From Ignavibacteria bacterium (GTDB lineage: Bacteria; Bacteroidota; Ignavibacteria; Kapaibacteriales; UBA4661), in the NCBI GenBank assembly GCA_014654705.1, contig JACVZY010000104.1:16863-80862 (forward strand): a stretch of DNA of 64,000 nt, in the 5' to 3' direction. The translations under genes and the position numbers were made by a program. This document shows positions 39,022 through 48,866 of this stretch, piece by piece. A model generated the notes under the pieces. It had not been told where the DNA came from, did not search any database, and saw only the letters and a program-made list of their open reading frames with translations. Positions within the stretch are counted from its first letter, which is position 1. Each line of letters begins with the position of its first letter.

Positions 39022-40152
39022 ATGAACTTTTTTACTATGTGCATTACTGCCGTTGTGATTGCCTTGGGTGCTTTCCAGCTTTTTGCGTTCCAGCTTTCTG
39101 CTCAGCAGGTCTCTACGACCGCAAGCATGGTGTCGCTCAGTGTCTCTTCCCCTGTTGCCGAGCGTCGTGCGCTGTCCAGCACGATGCCTACGCCGGTTTT
39201 TATTATTGCGACTCGTTCCCAAACAAATGGTGCAGCTTTGGTGCTTTTGGATATTCAATATCGTAGCATGGCTGGGCATCCGTTCTCCAATGCAGAATTA
39301 CAGGAAGATTGGGGGACGACATCGCTCTCATTGGAGAATATGGGTTCATTTACCAATTTTATTCTGCTCGACCAAGGGCAGGCACAAGGCTCTCTTGTGC
39401 TCTATCCGGGACGTGTCAATTTTAGGCGGAATCCCGACAGAATTTTATCTGCACGGATTTTGCCACCGCGTCCGCTCACGGGGCAGCAGTATGTTATCAA
39501 TCCATCCACGACTCAAAACACAGTTACCATCACGCTTCGTGATAATTCTACCGCTCCGACGCAGCCATTTATCATCAATAGTATTCAGAACATGGCAATG
39601 ACCTCCGGCTCGGTCAGTTTAATTGAAATTGAAACGCCAAGCCTGCGCTCTGACGGTCTGCCAAGCCGTGTATTTGCCAATGAGCGCGGCATTCCGCTTT
39701 TTTATTCCACGACTTCATTTCAGCCCAATATCTGCCGGGCGGAGATTTTGACGGGCGATATGCGCCCAAGTGGCTTGTCTGCCTTGCGCCTGACAGGTGT
39801 GATGCCGGGGCGAGCGACGGTGATTTTAGTGGCGGTAGATTCCTCGAACCGCGCAGCGACGGCATCGTTTGAGGTGTTGGTGCAGCAAGACCCCCGAACC
39901 GTATCTGTCCGTGGCACCGACGAGCAAGAGCTTGAGTGTTCGCCTAATCCTACGTCGGACGTGATGACAGTGCGCGGAGTGCGCTTGGGAGCTGAATGCC
40001 GATTATATTCCACCGACGGACGTGAACTGCGGCGCTGGACTGCAACCTCTTCGGATGAACGGTTCTCGCTGGAGGATTTGCCCAAGGGCTCATATTTGCT
40101 TGCGGTGGAGCACAATGGTCGGCGTATTGTCCGCTCTCTTCTTCACCAATAA
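39022..40152 (+). CDS. T9SS type-A CTD-containing secreted protein of unknown function
   Basis: Signal peptide LSA|Q; two beta-sandwich-like regions; SPNPTSD...LPKGSYLL CTD. Confidence 0.75.
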   Translation: MNFFTMCITAVVIALGAFQLFAFQLSAQQVSTTASMVSLSVSSPVAERRALSSTMPTPVFIIATRSQTNGAALVLLDIQYRSMAGHPFSNAELQEDWGTTSLSLENMGSFTNFILLDQGQAQGSLVLYPGRVNFRRNPDRILSARILPPRPLTGQQYVINPSTTQNTVTITLRDNSTAPTQPFIINSIQNMAMTSGSVSLIEIETPSLRSDGLPSRVFANERGIPLFYSTTSFQPNICRAEILTGDMRPSGLSALRLTGVMPGRATVILVAVDSSNRAATASFEVLVQQDPRTVSVRGTDEQELECSPNPTSDVMTVRGVRLGAECRLYSTDGRELRRWTATSSDERFSLEDLPKGSYLLAVEHNGRRIVRSLLHQ

Positions 40153-40166
40153 ACCAAAGGGACGGC

Positions 40167-40898
40167 ATGAAATCAGTCATTATCATTGGTGCATCCACCG
40201 GCATAGGGCGTGAACTGGCGTTAGAATTTGCTCGTGCGGGCTTTGCTGTCGGCATCACGGCTCGCCGTGGTGAGCTTTTACGGCAATTAGCACAGGAAAT
40301 TGAGGCGCAGGGCGGCAGAGCATTTACTCAGGTGATGGACATCGCTGAAACGCAAGTTTCAATGCAGCTTTTGGAGGGATTATTAGAAACGATGGACGGC
40401 GCAGATGTGATTGTCGTTAATGCTGCTATCGGAGAAAATAGCAAGGATTTGAACTGGGAAAAAGAGGCGCAGACGATTGCGGTAAACGTTACTGGCTTTA
40501 CGGCAATGGCTACCGTCGCAATGCAGCATTTTCTTAATCGTCGGCAGGGACACTTCGTCGGGATTTCTTCGATTGCAGGTGAGCGTGGTAATCGCCTTGC
40601 ACCTGCATATGCGGCATCGAAGGCATTTGTGTCGAATTATCTACAGGGCTTGCGGAATTTGGTTGTCAAAAATGACGCAAATATCACGATTACAGTCATT
40701 AAGCCGGGCTTTGTCAAAACGCCCATGACCGCCAACAATGACCGCATGTTCTGGGCGGCGAGTGCAGAAAAAGCTGCGCGGCAGATATTTGCTGCGATTC
40801 AGCGTAAGCGCCCGCACGCCTATATCACCCGTCGTTGGGGCATTATGGCGTGGGTGCTACGACGTATTCCCGATTGGCTCTACAACAGGATTGTGTAG
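40167..40898 (+). CDS. SDR family oxidoreductase
   Basis: GASTGIG, NAAI, YAASKA, PGFVKTPM. Confidence 0.92.
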   Translation: MKSVIIIGASTGIGRELALEFARAGFAVGITARRGELLRQLAQEIEAQGGRAFTQVMDIAETQVSMQLLEGLLETMDGADVIVVNAAIGENSKDLNWEKEAQTIAVNVTGFTAMATVAMQHFLNRRQGHFVGISSIAGERGNRLAPAYAASKAFVSNYLQGLRNLVVKNDANITITVIKPGFVKTPMTANNDRMFWAASAEKAARQIFAAIQRKRPHAYITRRWGIMAWVLRRIPDWLYNRIV

Positions 40899-40910
40899 GT
40901 ATCGCAGCGT

Positions 40911-41447
40911 TTACTTGTTCTTTTCGTAGGTCATCTGCACAACGCCTGTTTCCATCCAATGTTGAGCATTGGTGAGTCGAAATTGTGTTTCTCTGCCGCC
41001 ACGTGCAAAAAGCGGAATCCCGCCACCTAGCACCGTCGGAATCACGGCAAGAATAATGCGGTCAATGAGGTCGTAGTTCAGAAACAGCGTGTTCAGGTCG
41101 CCACCGCCCACGAGCCATATATCTTTGCCCTGCTGCGCTTTGAGCGATTGAGTAAAACTAATAACATCACCCGAAACAAACTCAATATCGCCGGTGGAAA
41201 GATGTCGTGCCGAGCGCGTGAAAACGTAGTTTTTCTTGTCGGGGTAGGGGTTCTCTACGCCGTGCTGGCGCACGATGTCGTAGGTGCGTTTGCCCATGAT
41301 GGTTGTGTCGATAGAATCGAAAAACTCGGTGTAGCCGTAATCAAGATTTTGTGCTGCATCGGGCGTAGGCAGCCAGTCAAGACTATGGTCGTCTCTGGCA
41401 ATGTAGCCGTCGAGCGAGGCGGCGATGTAGAGAACTATATTGCGCAT
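40911..41447 (-). CDS. Dihydrofolate reductase family (RibD C-terminal) protein
   Basis: IAASLDGYIA, MGKRTY, IWLVGGG, PTVLGGGIPLF. Confidence 0.9.
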   Translation of the reverse strand: MRNIVLYIAASLDGYIARDDHSLDWLPTPDAAQNLDYGYTEFFDSIDTTIMGKRTYDIVRQHGVENPYPDKKNYVFTRSARHLSTGDIEFVSGDVISFTQSLKAQQGKDIWLVGGGDLNTLFLNYDLIDRIILAVIPTVLGGGIPLFARGGRETQFRLTNAQHWMETGVVQMTYEKNK

Positions 41448-41497
41448 AAAGTAGAATTTTGCCAAATAGAAGAAATGAGTGATTGCCGATAGAGTTT

Positions 41498-41995
41498 TTA
41501 CCAGCCCTCTGAACCCGCTTCGCCCTTGAAGGGACCGACGATGTTCGATGTAATCCATCCGCCGTAGAATCCCCCTGGCTGCGGTTTTACCTGCTCACCG
41601 TTAACGGTACATTCTTCAAGTGCTGATGCGTAGAAGGCGATATGATTTTTGAGCGCAGCAAAAGCAGGCGAGGGGTTGGGATAATACCACGCAGCTTTTT
41701 CCGCTATGTTGTTCTCGATGGCAAGCGAGTAATACTGAGCCGTACCTTTCCATTCGCAGTAAGATTCGCCCGTTGCCTTGCGGAGGTATTTTGCGGCAAC
41801 GTCCTGCAAAGGGATGTAGTATGTGGGCGGATGACTTGTTTCCAAGACGCGCTTGGCATTGCGGGTTTCCGCAATAAGAATGCCGCCAAAGCGCAGACGA
41901 ATGACTCCGCGAAAGTCCTCCAAGCGTGGCGGACGAGGGTAATCCCAGACAGATTCTTGTCCGGTAGCTGGTTTGATAATGACCGGTGCTGACAT
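41498..41995 (-). CDS. DUF427 domain protein
   Basis: ESVWDYPRPP, LETSHPPTYYIP, CEWKG, GGFYGGWIT. Confidence 0.9.
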   Translation of the reverse strand: MSAPVIIKPATGQESVWDYPRPPRLEDFRGVIRLRFGGILIAETRNAKRVLETSHPPTYYIPLQDVAAKYLRKATGESYCEWKGTAQYYSLAIENNIAEKAAWYYPNPSPAFAALKNHIAFYASALEECTVNGEQVKPQPGGFYGGWITSNIVGPFKGEAGSEGW

Positions 41996-42039
41996 AGACG
42001 GTTATGAAAACGGATAAAAAAACTGTTTTTTGTTCTTGC

Positions 42040-42055
42040 TTCAAAGAATGTGCCA
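42040..42055 (-). promoter_or_regulatory. Putative sigma54 promoter for the DUF427 and RibD_C genes
   Basis: Minus strand reads TGGCACATTCTTTGAA, ~45 nt upstream of ATG 41995. Confidence 0.65.
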
Positions 42056-42209
42056 AAACCTTTCATTGCAGCAGATAGCTTTATTTTTTTTCTCAAAAAA
42101 AGATGCTGAACGATGCAGAGATTAGAGTAGATTTTGTCATATCATCGTGTTATATTCACGCCCAATTGATATAGACATACTCATGGCGACTTTCAGGAGA
42201 ACAACAATT

Positions 42210-42683
42210 ATGCACCCCAACGCACAACTGATTGCGCGATTCTACGAGGCATTTGCGCGGCTTGATGCTTCCGAAATGGCAAAATGCTATCACCCGGAAG
42301 CCACGTTTACCGATGAGGCATTTGTCAATCTGAACCATGAGCAAACCATTGCTATGTGGGCGATGCTATGCTCTCGTGCGAAGAATTTTAATCTGACATT
42401 CTCGGATATTCAAGCCGATGACCTACGTGGGAAAGCACATTGGGAGCCGATTTATACATTCACGAGCACTGGTCGTCTGGTGCATAATGTGATTGATTCG
42501 GAATTTGAATTCAAAGACGGTAAAATTTGGAAGCAGCGCGACCGATTTGATTTCTATCGCTGGTCGCGGCAGGCGTTTGGAATGACGGGGGTATTGCTTG
42601 GGTGGACTGGCTTTTTGCGAGGTAAAGTTCAGACAGAAGCGGCAAAAGGCTTGGCAATATTTATGGCAAAGCAGAAACCCTAA
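42210..42683 (+). CDS. NTF2/SnoaL-like protein
   Basis: AGGAG RBS; FYEAF..LD..MA.CYH, AMWAML, WEPIYTF..TGR.VHN, WSRQAFG. Confidence 0.88.
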   Translation: MHPNAQLIARFYEAFARLDASEMAKCYHPEATFTDEAFVNLNHEQTIAMWAMLCSRAKNFNLTFSDIQADDLRGKAHWEPIYTFTSTGRLVHNVIDSEFEFKDGKIWKQRDRFDFYRWSRQAFGMTGVLLGWTGFLRGKVQTEAAKGLAIFMAKQKP

Positions 42684-42741
42684 CAATAGATTCTGATAGC
42701 GAAGTTAATTTGTTCGTAATCCTAATTATACAGAAAAATCT

Positions 42742-43620
42742 ATGGCTTCGATTGCGTCACCACATATGCGGGCAGCAATTATTTTGATGAGTTGCCCCGA
42801 CCAAACCGGTATCATTACAGCGATTACCGAATTTGTCTACCGTCATCAAGGCAATATCATTGATCTCGATGAGCACGTGGATTTTGAAAATCATACGTTT
42901 TTCATGCGTATTGAATTTGACTTGCAGAATTTTACGCTAAACGACGACGAACTTCGTGCATATTTTCAGCGCTATCTTGCCACGCCATACCAGATGAACT
43001 GGTCGCTGTATTTTTCGGATGCCAAGCCTATTATTGCGCTTTTTGTCTCGCAGCATCTACACTGTCTCTATGATATTCTGGCGCGATGCGAATCGAAAGA
43101 ATGGGACGTGAAAGTACCGGTTATTTTCGGTAACCACGAAGTAGCACGCCCCGTAGCAGAACGCTTCGGAGCGGAATTTCATCTCCTTCATATTACTAAA
43201 GAAAATAAACGCGAGCAGGAGCAAAAGCAAATTGAAATACTCAGACAGCATAATGTAGAACTTGTCGTACTGACACGCTATATGCAGACCCTTAGCGATG
43301 AATTTGTGAACGAGTTCCCAACGCGGATTATCAACATCCACCATTCGTTACTTCCGGCGTTTGTTGGCGCCAAGCCGTATCACCAAGCACACGCACGGGG
43401 CGTGAAGATTATCGGCGCAACAAGTCACTACGTAACTGCCGAATTGGATGCGGGTCCGATTATTGAACAAGATATAGTTAGGATTACACACAAAGATTCA
43501 ATACAAGACATGATTCGTAAAGGGCGCGACATTGAGAAAGTTATTCTCGCCCGTGCTGTGAGGCTCCATATGCAGCGCAAAATCTTGGTTCATCATAATA
43601 AGACGGTGGTGTTCGTCTGA
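42742..43620 (+). CDS. purU: Formyltetrahydrofolate deformylase
   Basis: SCPDQTGI ACT domain, RYMQ, INIHHSLLPAF.GAKPYHQA, LDAGPIIEQ. Confidence 0.95.
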   Translation: MASIASPHMRAAIILMSCPDQTGIITAITEFVYRHQGNIIDLDEHVDFENHTFFMRIEFDLQNFTLNDDELRAYFQRYLATPYQMNWSLYFSDAKPIIALFVSQHLHCLYDILARCESKEWDVKVPVIFGNHEVARPVAERFGAEFHLLHITKENKREQEQKQIEILRQHNVELVVLTRYMQTLSDEFVNEFPTRIINIHHSLLPAFVGAKPYHQAHARGVKIIGATSHYVTAELDAGPIIEQDIVRITHKDSIQDMIRKGRDIEKVILARAVRLHMQRKILVHHNKTVVFV

Positions 43621-43683
43621 TTTTTGTGAGCTTTGATGTACTCCATCTCAATCTGTCGCATTGGTATTATAGGAATAAAATCA

Positions 43684-43726
43684 AAAAAGCCTCAAACCGA
43701 TATTCTACAGTGTTTTGAGGCTTTTT
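43684..43726. terminator. Bidirectional terminator
   Basis: aaaaagcctcaaa ... tttgaggcttttt between convergent genes. Confidence 0.7.
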
Positions 43727-43749
43727 CATTGTAAATGTGTTCCCACTTA

Positions 43750-44220
43750 CTATGGCTTAAAACCTACATCTCCGCTTTTTTGCCCCGCCTTGCCCCACGA
43801 ATCCAAAAGTTTCATGCGCCCTGCAAGCAATTTTTCTGCATTCGGAAGGCTCATCACCAGTGTTTCGAGTTGCTTCAAATACGTGTCGCGGTACATTTTC
43901 TGCACCTCTGCCAGATAAGGGTGAATTTTTGCGAGAATAGCGATATGCTCTGTATTAGCATCCAGAAAGACCGTGCGGTCAATTGCACCATTGTTCACTA
44001 GTGACGCAGCCATGTCCCAATAGCTCGTTACCATGCGGTAGTAGCGGCTTCCCTCGAAACTTTCCATCAAAAGTTTCACTATATCTTCCGCGCTTTTGGG
44101 ATTAAATTTCGTAAGATACCATTCACGGGCTTCGCGCATTTCGGGGTCGCGGCGGAGTTCGTAAAGTTTCAGAACAACGCTTGCGCTGTCTGTTTTGTTC
44201 GGTGTAGTGCCAGATTCCAT
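43750..44220 (-). CDS. DUF4760-like helical protein
   Basis: VLKLYELRRDPEMREAR, RMVTSYWDMAASLVNNGAI. Confidence 0.7.
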   Translation of the reverse strand: MESGTTPNKTDSASVVLKLYELRRDPEMREAREWYLTKFNPKSAEDIVKLLMESFEGSRYYRMVTSYWDMAASLVNNGAIDRTVFLDANTEHIAILAKIHPYLAEVQKMYRDTYLKQLETLVMSLPNAEKLLAGRMKLLDSWGKAGQKSGDVGFKP

Positions 44221-44421
44221 GCGGTTTGTGCTTTCCAGAATAGTAGTGAAAAAGTATAATTACCGTTGTTCGTTTGCTATGATCGTTCACTTTCGGACGA
44301 ATTTATTTTGCTTATATTTTTTCCTCGTTGTAAGTTTCTCGCTACACGCTTGCTATGTGCATTTGTGTTTGAATATGAATTTACAACAATAAACTTTCAA
44401 CACCTCATCGAAGATTTTGCT

Positions 44422-45144
44422 ATGAATCCAAACGAATGGAATGCTCTGCTTGCCACGCTTCCCGTGCGCACTGTCAACTCAATGCTGAACGACCTAGCTA
44501 TGCTGCGTGGGCAGTACAATGCAGGTCGTAAAGTTTCGCTGCCGCTTGTGCATATTGCCCTCGCAAGTGGGCAGATATTTGAAGGCTACGTCGTGGCGGT
44601 GGATTCCCCGCGTAACGAGGAAACGCTTGTGCTGCACTCACCGCGTGGCGAACACCGTTCTCCGCACAAAGACCTTGTGTACGTCCGAACAAGCGCCATT
44701 GTGAGCGTTACGGTGCTGGATGCGCACACACTTGGTAAATTCCTGAATGACAAGGCGAATATCTCTGCCGAGCAGGAAGTGGTAACAAAGATAGATGTGA
44801 AGCGGTTTATAGCGCAGTACATGGACGATTTCAATACGCTCAAGAAACTCACACTCGACTGCGATGTAGATTGGGACAGTATTCCGCAAGGCGCATCAGC
44901 ACTACGCAATCTCAAAGACGAAGTTGCTGCTGTGCTGGATGCTCTTGGCGAAATTATGGATGAAGAAGACACCGGTTATGAAACTATTACCAGTTCGGTC
45001 AAAGAAATTATTTTGCAAGCAGACTCCAGAGCTGGAGCCGAACTCAACGATGGAAAACTGACGATTCTGTGCCCATATCTGGACGCACCGCGCCGTATCA
45101 GTGACAGAGAAAGTATCAAGCGTAGTATCGAAGAAGTGCTGTAA
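44422..45144 (+). CDS. Hypothetical protein with N-terminal Sm/LSm(Hfq)-like fold and acidic C-terminal domain
   Basis: VHIALASGQIFEGYVVAVD...TLVL...LVYVRTSAIVSV resembles the Sm1 and Sm2 motifs. Confidence 0.6.
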   Translation: MNPNEWNALLATLPVRTVNSMLNDLAMLRGQYNAGRKVSLPLVHIALASGQIFEGYVVAVDSPRNEETLVLHSPRGEHRSPHKDLVYVRTSAIVSVTVLDAHTLGKFLNDKANISAEQEVVTKIDVKRFIAQYMDDFNTLKKLTLDCDVDWDSIPQGASALRNLKDEVAAVLDALGEIMDEEDTGYETITSSVKEIILQADSRAGAELNDGKLTILCPYLDAPRRISDRESIKRSIEEVL

Positions 45145-45254
45145 GGATATTACGATTGGCAAGCAGAAATCCCAACTATGTATAAGAAGCATCAAGACAA
45201 ATGCGCAGCTTTCCCGCGATAAAAAAAGATGGTGATTGTGCAGAAAGTTCCGTC

Positions 45255-46055
45255 ATGCGCATACTTATTGTTTTCGTTGTCGTCGGATTTTTGGGCTGTC
45301 TTGTGACAGGATGTTCGTTGCTTTGGAAGGGTACGAGTACAAAATCGCTCGGTGAATGGACACCGAGCGAACGTCAGATGTTGACGATGCGGAAGGAGCA
45401 CGGTATCGGTACTGTGCAAAAAATAATCCCACCCAATGTCCGGGCATTGCTCGTTACCCTAGATGATACGCTCTTGGTAGAGCCAATTATTGCAACGCTG
45501 CCTGGTAACGACAATAATCCGCAAACGCTTGATAAATCAGACTCCTCGTTCACCTTTTTTGCCCACAACTATTTTGGTGACGCGCCCACACGTGGGAAAG
45601 AAGACGCATTTCGAGTGTGGGACAGCCATTTCGACGTGGATGCAATTACCATTCCCTTCAAATATCGTTTTCGGCAGGGCACAACACTACCCGGCGGGTT
45701 TGTTTCCAATGCAAATGTGGGACTTTATGCCGGCTGGCGAGTGGACGTGCTAACGCACCGTATCATGTACACCCAAAACACTTGCCTGAGCGAACTCACA
45801 TCTGTTGCCTACGGTTTTGGTGTTTTTTCTAGCGTCAATCCAGTGACGGTTAATCCGTGGAACACCGATTATCGCTTGGATGTAGAGTACGATGGCTTGG
45901 GTGTCAATTATGGTATTGCCGCTATTGCAGCATACCAACAAATGACCGTAGGACTACTGCTGGGGTTTGAGATGCTTCTGGATGAAAACGCACGGTATTG
46001 GGTCTTTCACCATAAGCCGTGGATTGGTGTGTCGCTTGGGTTGAATCTCAATTAG
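45255..46055 (+). CDS. Putative lipoprotein with beta-strand-rich (outer membrane-like) C-terminus
   Basis: Lipobox LVTGC; amphipathic strands; ends KPWIGVSLGLNLN. Confidence 0.65.
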   Translation: MRILIVFVVVGFLGCLVTGCSLLWKGTSTKSLGEWTPSERQMLTMRKEHGIGTVQKIIPPNVRALLVTLDDTLLVEPIIATLPGNDNNPQTLDKSDSSFTFFAHNYFGDAPTRGKEDAFRVWDSHFDVDAITIPFKYRFRQGTTLPGGFVSNANVGLYAGWRVDVLTHRIMYTQNTCLSELTSVAYGFGVFSSVNPVTVNPWNTDYRLDVEYDGLGVNYGIAAIAAYQQMTVGLLLGFEMLLDENARYWVFHHKPWIGVSLGLNLN

Positions 46056-46065
46056 GCGTGCCACG

Positions 46066-47253
46066 CTATTGTCTCTTTTCCCCTTGCACTCCTGCAAGGC
46101 GCTCGTAGGCAAAGCGGTAGTCCACGCCCCAGCGCTCAATCAAGCGTAAAAGCGCAATCTTGTATTCTTCGGTTTCCGGTGCAAGGCGCAGTGCTTCGCG
46201 GTACGCAAAAAAAGCAGGCAAAGGGCAGCGATTGCGCTCGTAGATAACGCCTGCTGCAGCGTAAGCAAGCGGTGTAGAGCGCCCAATTTCACGTTGTAGA
46301 GTTGCTACCGAATCTCGAACATCCTTTTCGCGGTCGTCGTACATCTGCGATAAACAGTACTCTTTCGGATTCACTTCGGGCGAAAAGCCTTGTACTTGCA
46401 CACTCCATCGGTAGCATTGGGATTGGTCTGTGGCAAGAGCGCGAGCATTCAGGCGTACGGTGGAATCTTGCGTGGTCTGCTCAAACATCACCGCGCCAAA
46501 TGGCGAGACCACGCGCACGATAAACGTTTGCCCGGGGCGCTCGCACGACCAGTACAGTTGCACGGTGGAATCAATCAAGTACGTGTCGTGCGGGAAAAGC
46601 AGATTCACGCGCGGCGCACGGGCAGACGCTCCGGCAGAGGCGCTTGCTGAATCTGTTACCGCTCCGCCAAATAACCCTCCCAAGCCGAAAGCATTCAGTG
46701 CCGTTTTCGTAGCTGTTTTCGCAATCCCCTCATCAGCGCTTGTTTTTGACGTGCTTTCGCCCGTGCGTGAAGTTTCTCCCGAAGCGATGCCGAAAAGTTC
46801 ATTTCCGGTGTCTTTGTTGGCGGCTTTGGTGGTGCGCTCTGCCATTGCCGTTGCTGCCATACCTTGTTGGTAATCCTTTACGCTTGGTACAGAGTTCTTG
46901 AGTTCGCCAAAAATATAACTGGCTACCTTTCCGCTCATTGTGCCGCTCACCGACTTTAGCTTTGCGTTCAGTTCGCTGGCGCTGACACTTGTCGTGGTGC
47001 GAATTTCCACTGTTTTCCCTTCGGCAGAACTAATAACCACATAGCAGGGAGCTTTGGCGCTCAAAACGTCTTTATCACGGAATTTTGCGCCGGTGCTTGC
47101 TGCTTGCACAGTGCTTCCATGCTTGATAGTCACGGTTCCCTTGGCACTCAGGATAGTCAATTCTTGCGCGACTAAGGCGTTTTCTGCAAGGCTAAGAATT
47201 GCCAAGGCAAGTAAGAATGAGCTTGTGCGAATAAAAAAGCTGATTCGTTTCAT
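46066..47253 (-). CDS. Secreted FecR-like N-terminal / DUF928-like and TPR C-terminal protein
   Basis: Signal peptide LVA|Q; KGTVTIK...GAKF..KDVL beta region; LYWS...YRWSVQV; YREALRLAPE TPR-like helix. Confidence 0.6.
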   Translation of the reverse strand: MKRISFFIRTSSFLLALAILSLAENALVAQELTILSAKGTVTIKHGSTVQAASTGAKFRDKDVLSAKAPCYVVISSAEGKTVEIRTTTSVSASELNAKLKSVSGTMSGKVASYIFGELKNSVPSVKDYQQGMAATAMAERTTKAANKDTGNELFGIASGETSRTGESTSKTSADEGIAKTATKTALNAFGLGGLFGGAVTDSASASAGASARAPRVNLLFPHDTYLIDSTVQLYWSCERPGQTFIVRVVSPFGAVMFEQTTQDSTVRLNARALATDQSQCYRWSVQVQGFSPEVNPKEYCLSQMYDDREKDVRDSVATLQREIGRSTPLAYAAAGVIYERNRCPLPAFFAYREALRLAPETEEYKIALLRLIERWGVDYRFAYERLAGVQGEKRQ

Positions 47254-47308
47254 GGCTATTAAAAAAGGAATGGTTAAATGGGGAGATGAATACGGCTGAT
47301 TGTTGGCT

Positions 47309-48628
47309 CTACTCCGTCGTTGCAGGAAGGTCGCCGGATGAAGTTTCGGCGGAGATGTTCTTTCGCTGTGATGTGCGCAAGGTATGATAAATTTCGTGAA
47401 TGGTTGGCGCAATCGCCACTACTGCCACTAGGAGCGTAACATCCAGTTTTAAGCGAAACCAGTGGAATGCTGCTGTGAATGCCACAAGCAGCGCCACACT
47501 TTCGGCAAATTGCAAAGCTAGTTGCAAGGTATCATAAGCTCTGGGATGGCGGTAATAGAGATACGACAAAAACGAAATGTTCGCAAAGCAAAGCAGTGCA
47601 GCAAGTACGTACGCAACAGCATCGGGAAGCGCCGTGATGTAATCGCCGGAAAGAATCATCGAAGCGATATTAGCGTGAATAACAGCGCCGTACATATCGG
47701 GAAACGTTCTGCCTGCGTACTGCTTGTTCATCGGGGTAAAGAAAATATCTTCTGCCGAAGGGCGACCAAATGTTTCGCCGAGAAAGCCGAAAATAACAAT
47801 TTTTCCATGCAGGAACGCAAGATTGGCGCTGTCCGAAAGCACATCGCCGACATCAAGTGTGTAGAATTTGTCGGTATTACCGCGATAGTTAATCGTTTCG
47901 GTGCCATTTTTCCTTGCCAAGAGGCGATTGACGGCGTTGGAGTCCATATACCATGCGACTTTCACGGCGAAAGCCCATTCTTTATCTTTTTGCCTCGCGC
48001 TTTGTATGGCTCCGCTATCCGACAGTGTTTCGTGCGGGCTGAAGAGGCGAATCATATCGGTAGGAAGCGCATCGGGAGCGTCTTCATCGCTGGAAGAAAC
48101 CATATTGGCAAAGCCCATTCCGGCGTAGGTATGGAATATCGGGTACGAGGTTTGGCGCGTGGCAAATGTTTCGGAAGCGTGGTTGTAATCGGCAAGTTTT
48201 GATACCATCACCGTGCGCGGGCAGAACTGGAGCGCTTCCGAAAGGGCAGCATCACCCGCAGAATCTTTCGGAGCGCGAAACATCACATCCACCCCGATAA
48301 CACGTGGCTTCTGAGCCGCTACACGCTTGATTTCTTCGGCAATACCGGCACGGTTCAAGGTGCCGATGTTCACCAGCACAATGTTTGTATCGGCATGTGA
48401 AGCTGAGTCGTCGCGGAGGCGTGAAAAAACGAGGTCGGAAAGCTCAATATCGGAAAAAGCCTTTGCAAGCGGGTCTAAAATTGCTAACGACGACGGCACG
48501 TAATATAACAGCCACAACGCGCAAAAAACCAAGGCTGTCGCGGCAACATTGTCTATGCTGCGGCTCAGAAAGCCTGTGCTGAAAAGGCGCATTGAGGCTT
48601 GTCGGATGGAATGAAGAAATTGATTCAT
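47309..48628 (-). CDS. Stand-alone CHASE2 domain membrane protein
   Basis: IVLVNI, PRVIGVDVMF, D.ALSEAL, INYRG, GKIVIFG, DIFFTP, YGAVIHANI, then 3 TM and a short tail. Confidence 0.85.
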   Translation of the reverse strand: MNQFLHSIRQASMRLFSTGFLSRSIDNVAATALVFCALWLLYYVPSSLAILDPLAKAFSDIELSDLVFSRLRDDSASHADTNIVLVNIGTLNRAGIAEEIKRVAAQKPRVIGVDVMFRAPKDSAGDAALSEALQFCPRTVMVSKLADYNHASETFATRQTSYPIFHTYAGMGFANMVSSSDEDAPDALPTDMIRLFSPHETLSDSGAIQSARQKDKEWAFAVKVAWYMDSNAVNRLLARKNGTETINYRGNTDKFYTLDVGDVLSDSANLAFLHGKIVIFGFLGETFGRPSAEDIFFTPMNKQYAGRTFPDMYGAVIHANIASMILSGDYITALPDAVAYVLAALLCFANISFLSYLYYRHPRAYDTLQLALQFAESVALLVAFTAAFHWFRLKLDVTLLVAVVAIAPTIHEIYHTLRTSQRKNISAETSSGDLPATTE

Positions 48629-48866
48629 GCGTCAATCAATGTGAAAAATCTATTGCATAAAATACAAAGTTCTTTGCGTGTATCGGAGAGCAAATACATC
48701 GTCGGATTCGTACCATTTTTACCAAGAAAGTTCGTGTTGAACACCGTTGGCAAATTACGGAAATATGTGTAATATGAGCGTCGAAATTGCAACAATACGT
48801 GCTATTTCTCCGTTTTTAATCACGACTAATTCACAGGCGTTTTTTTACCTTCAGTTTTCTCCTGTT

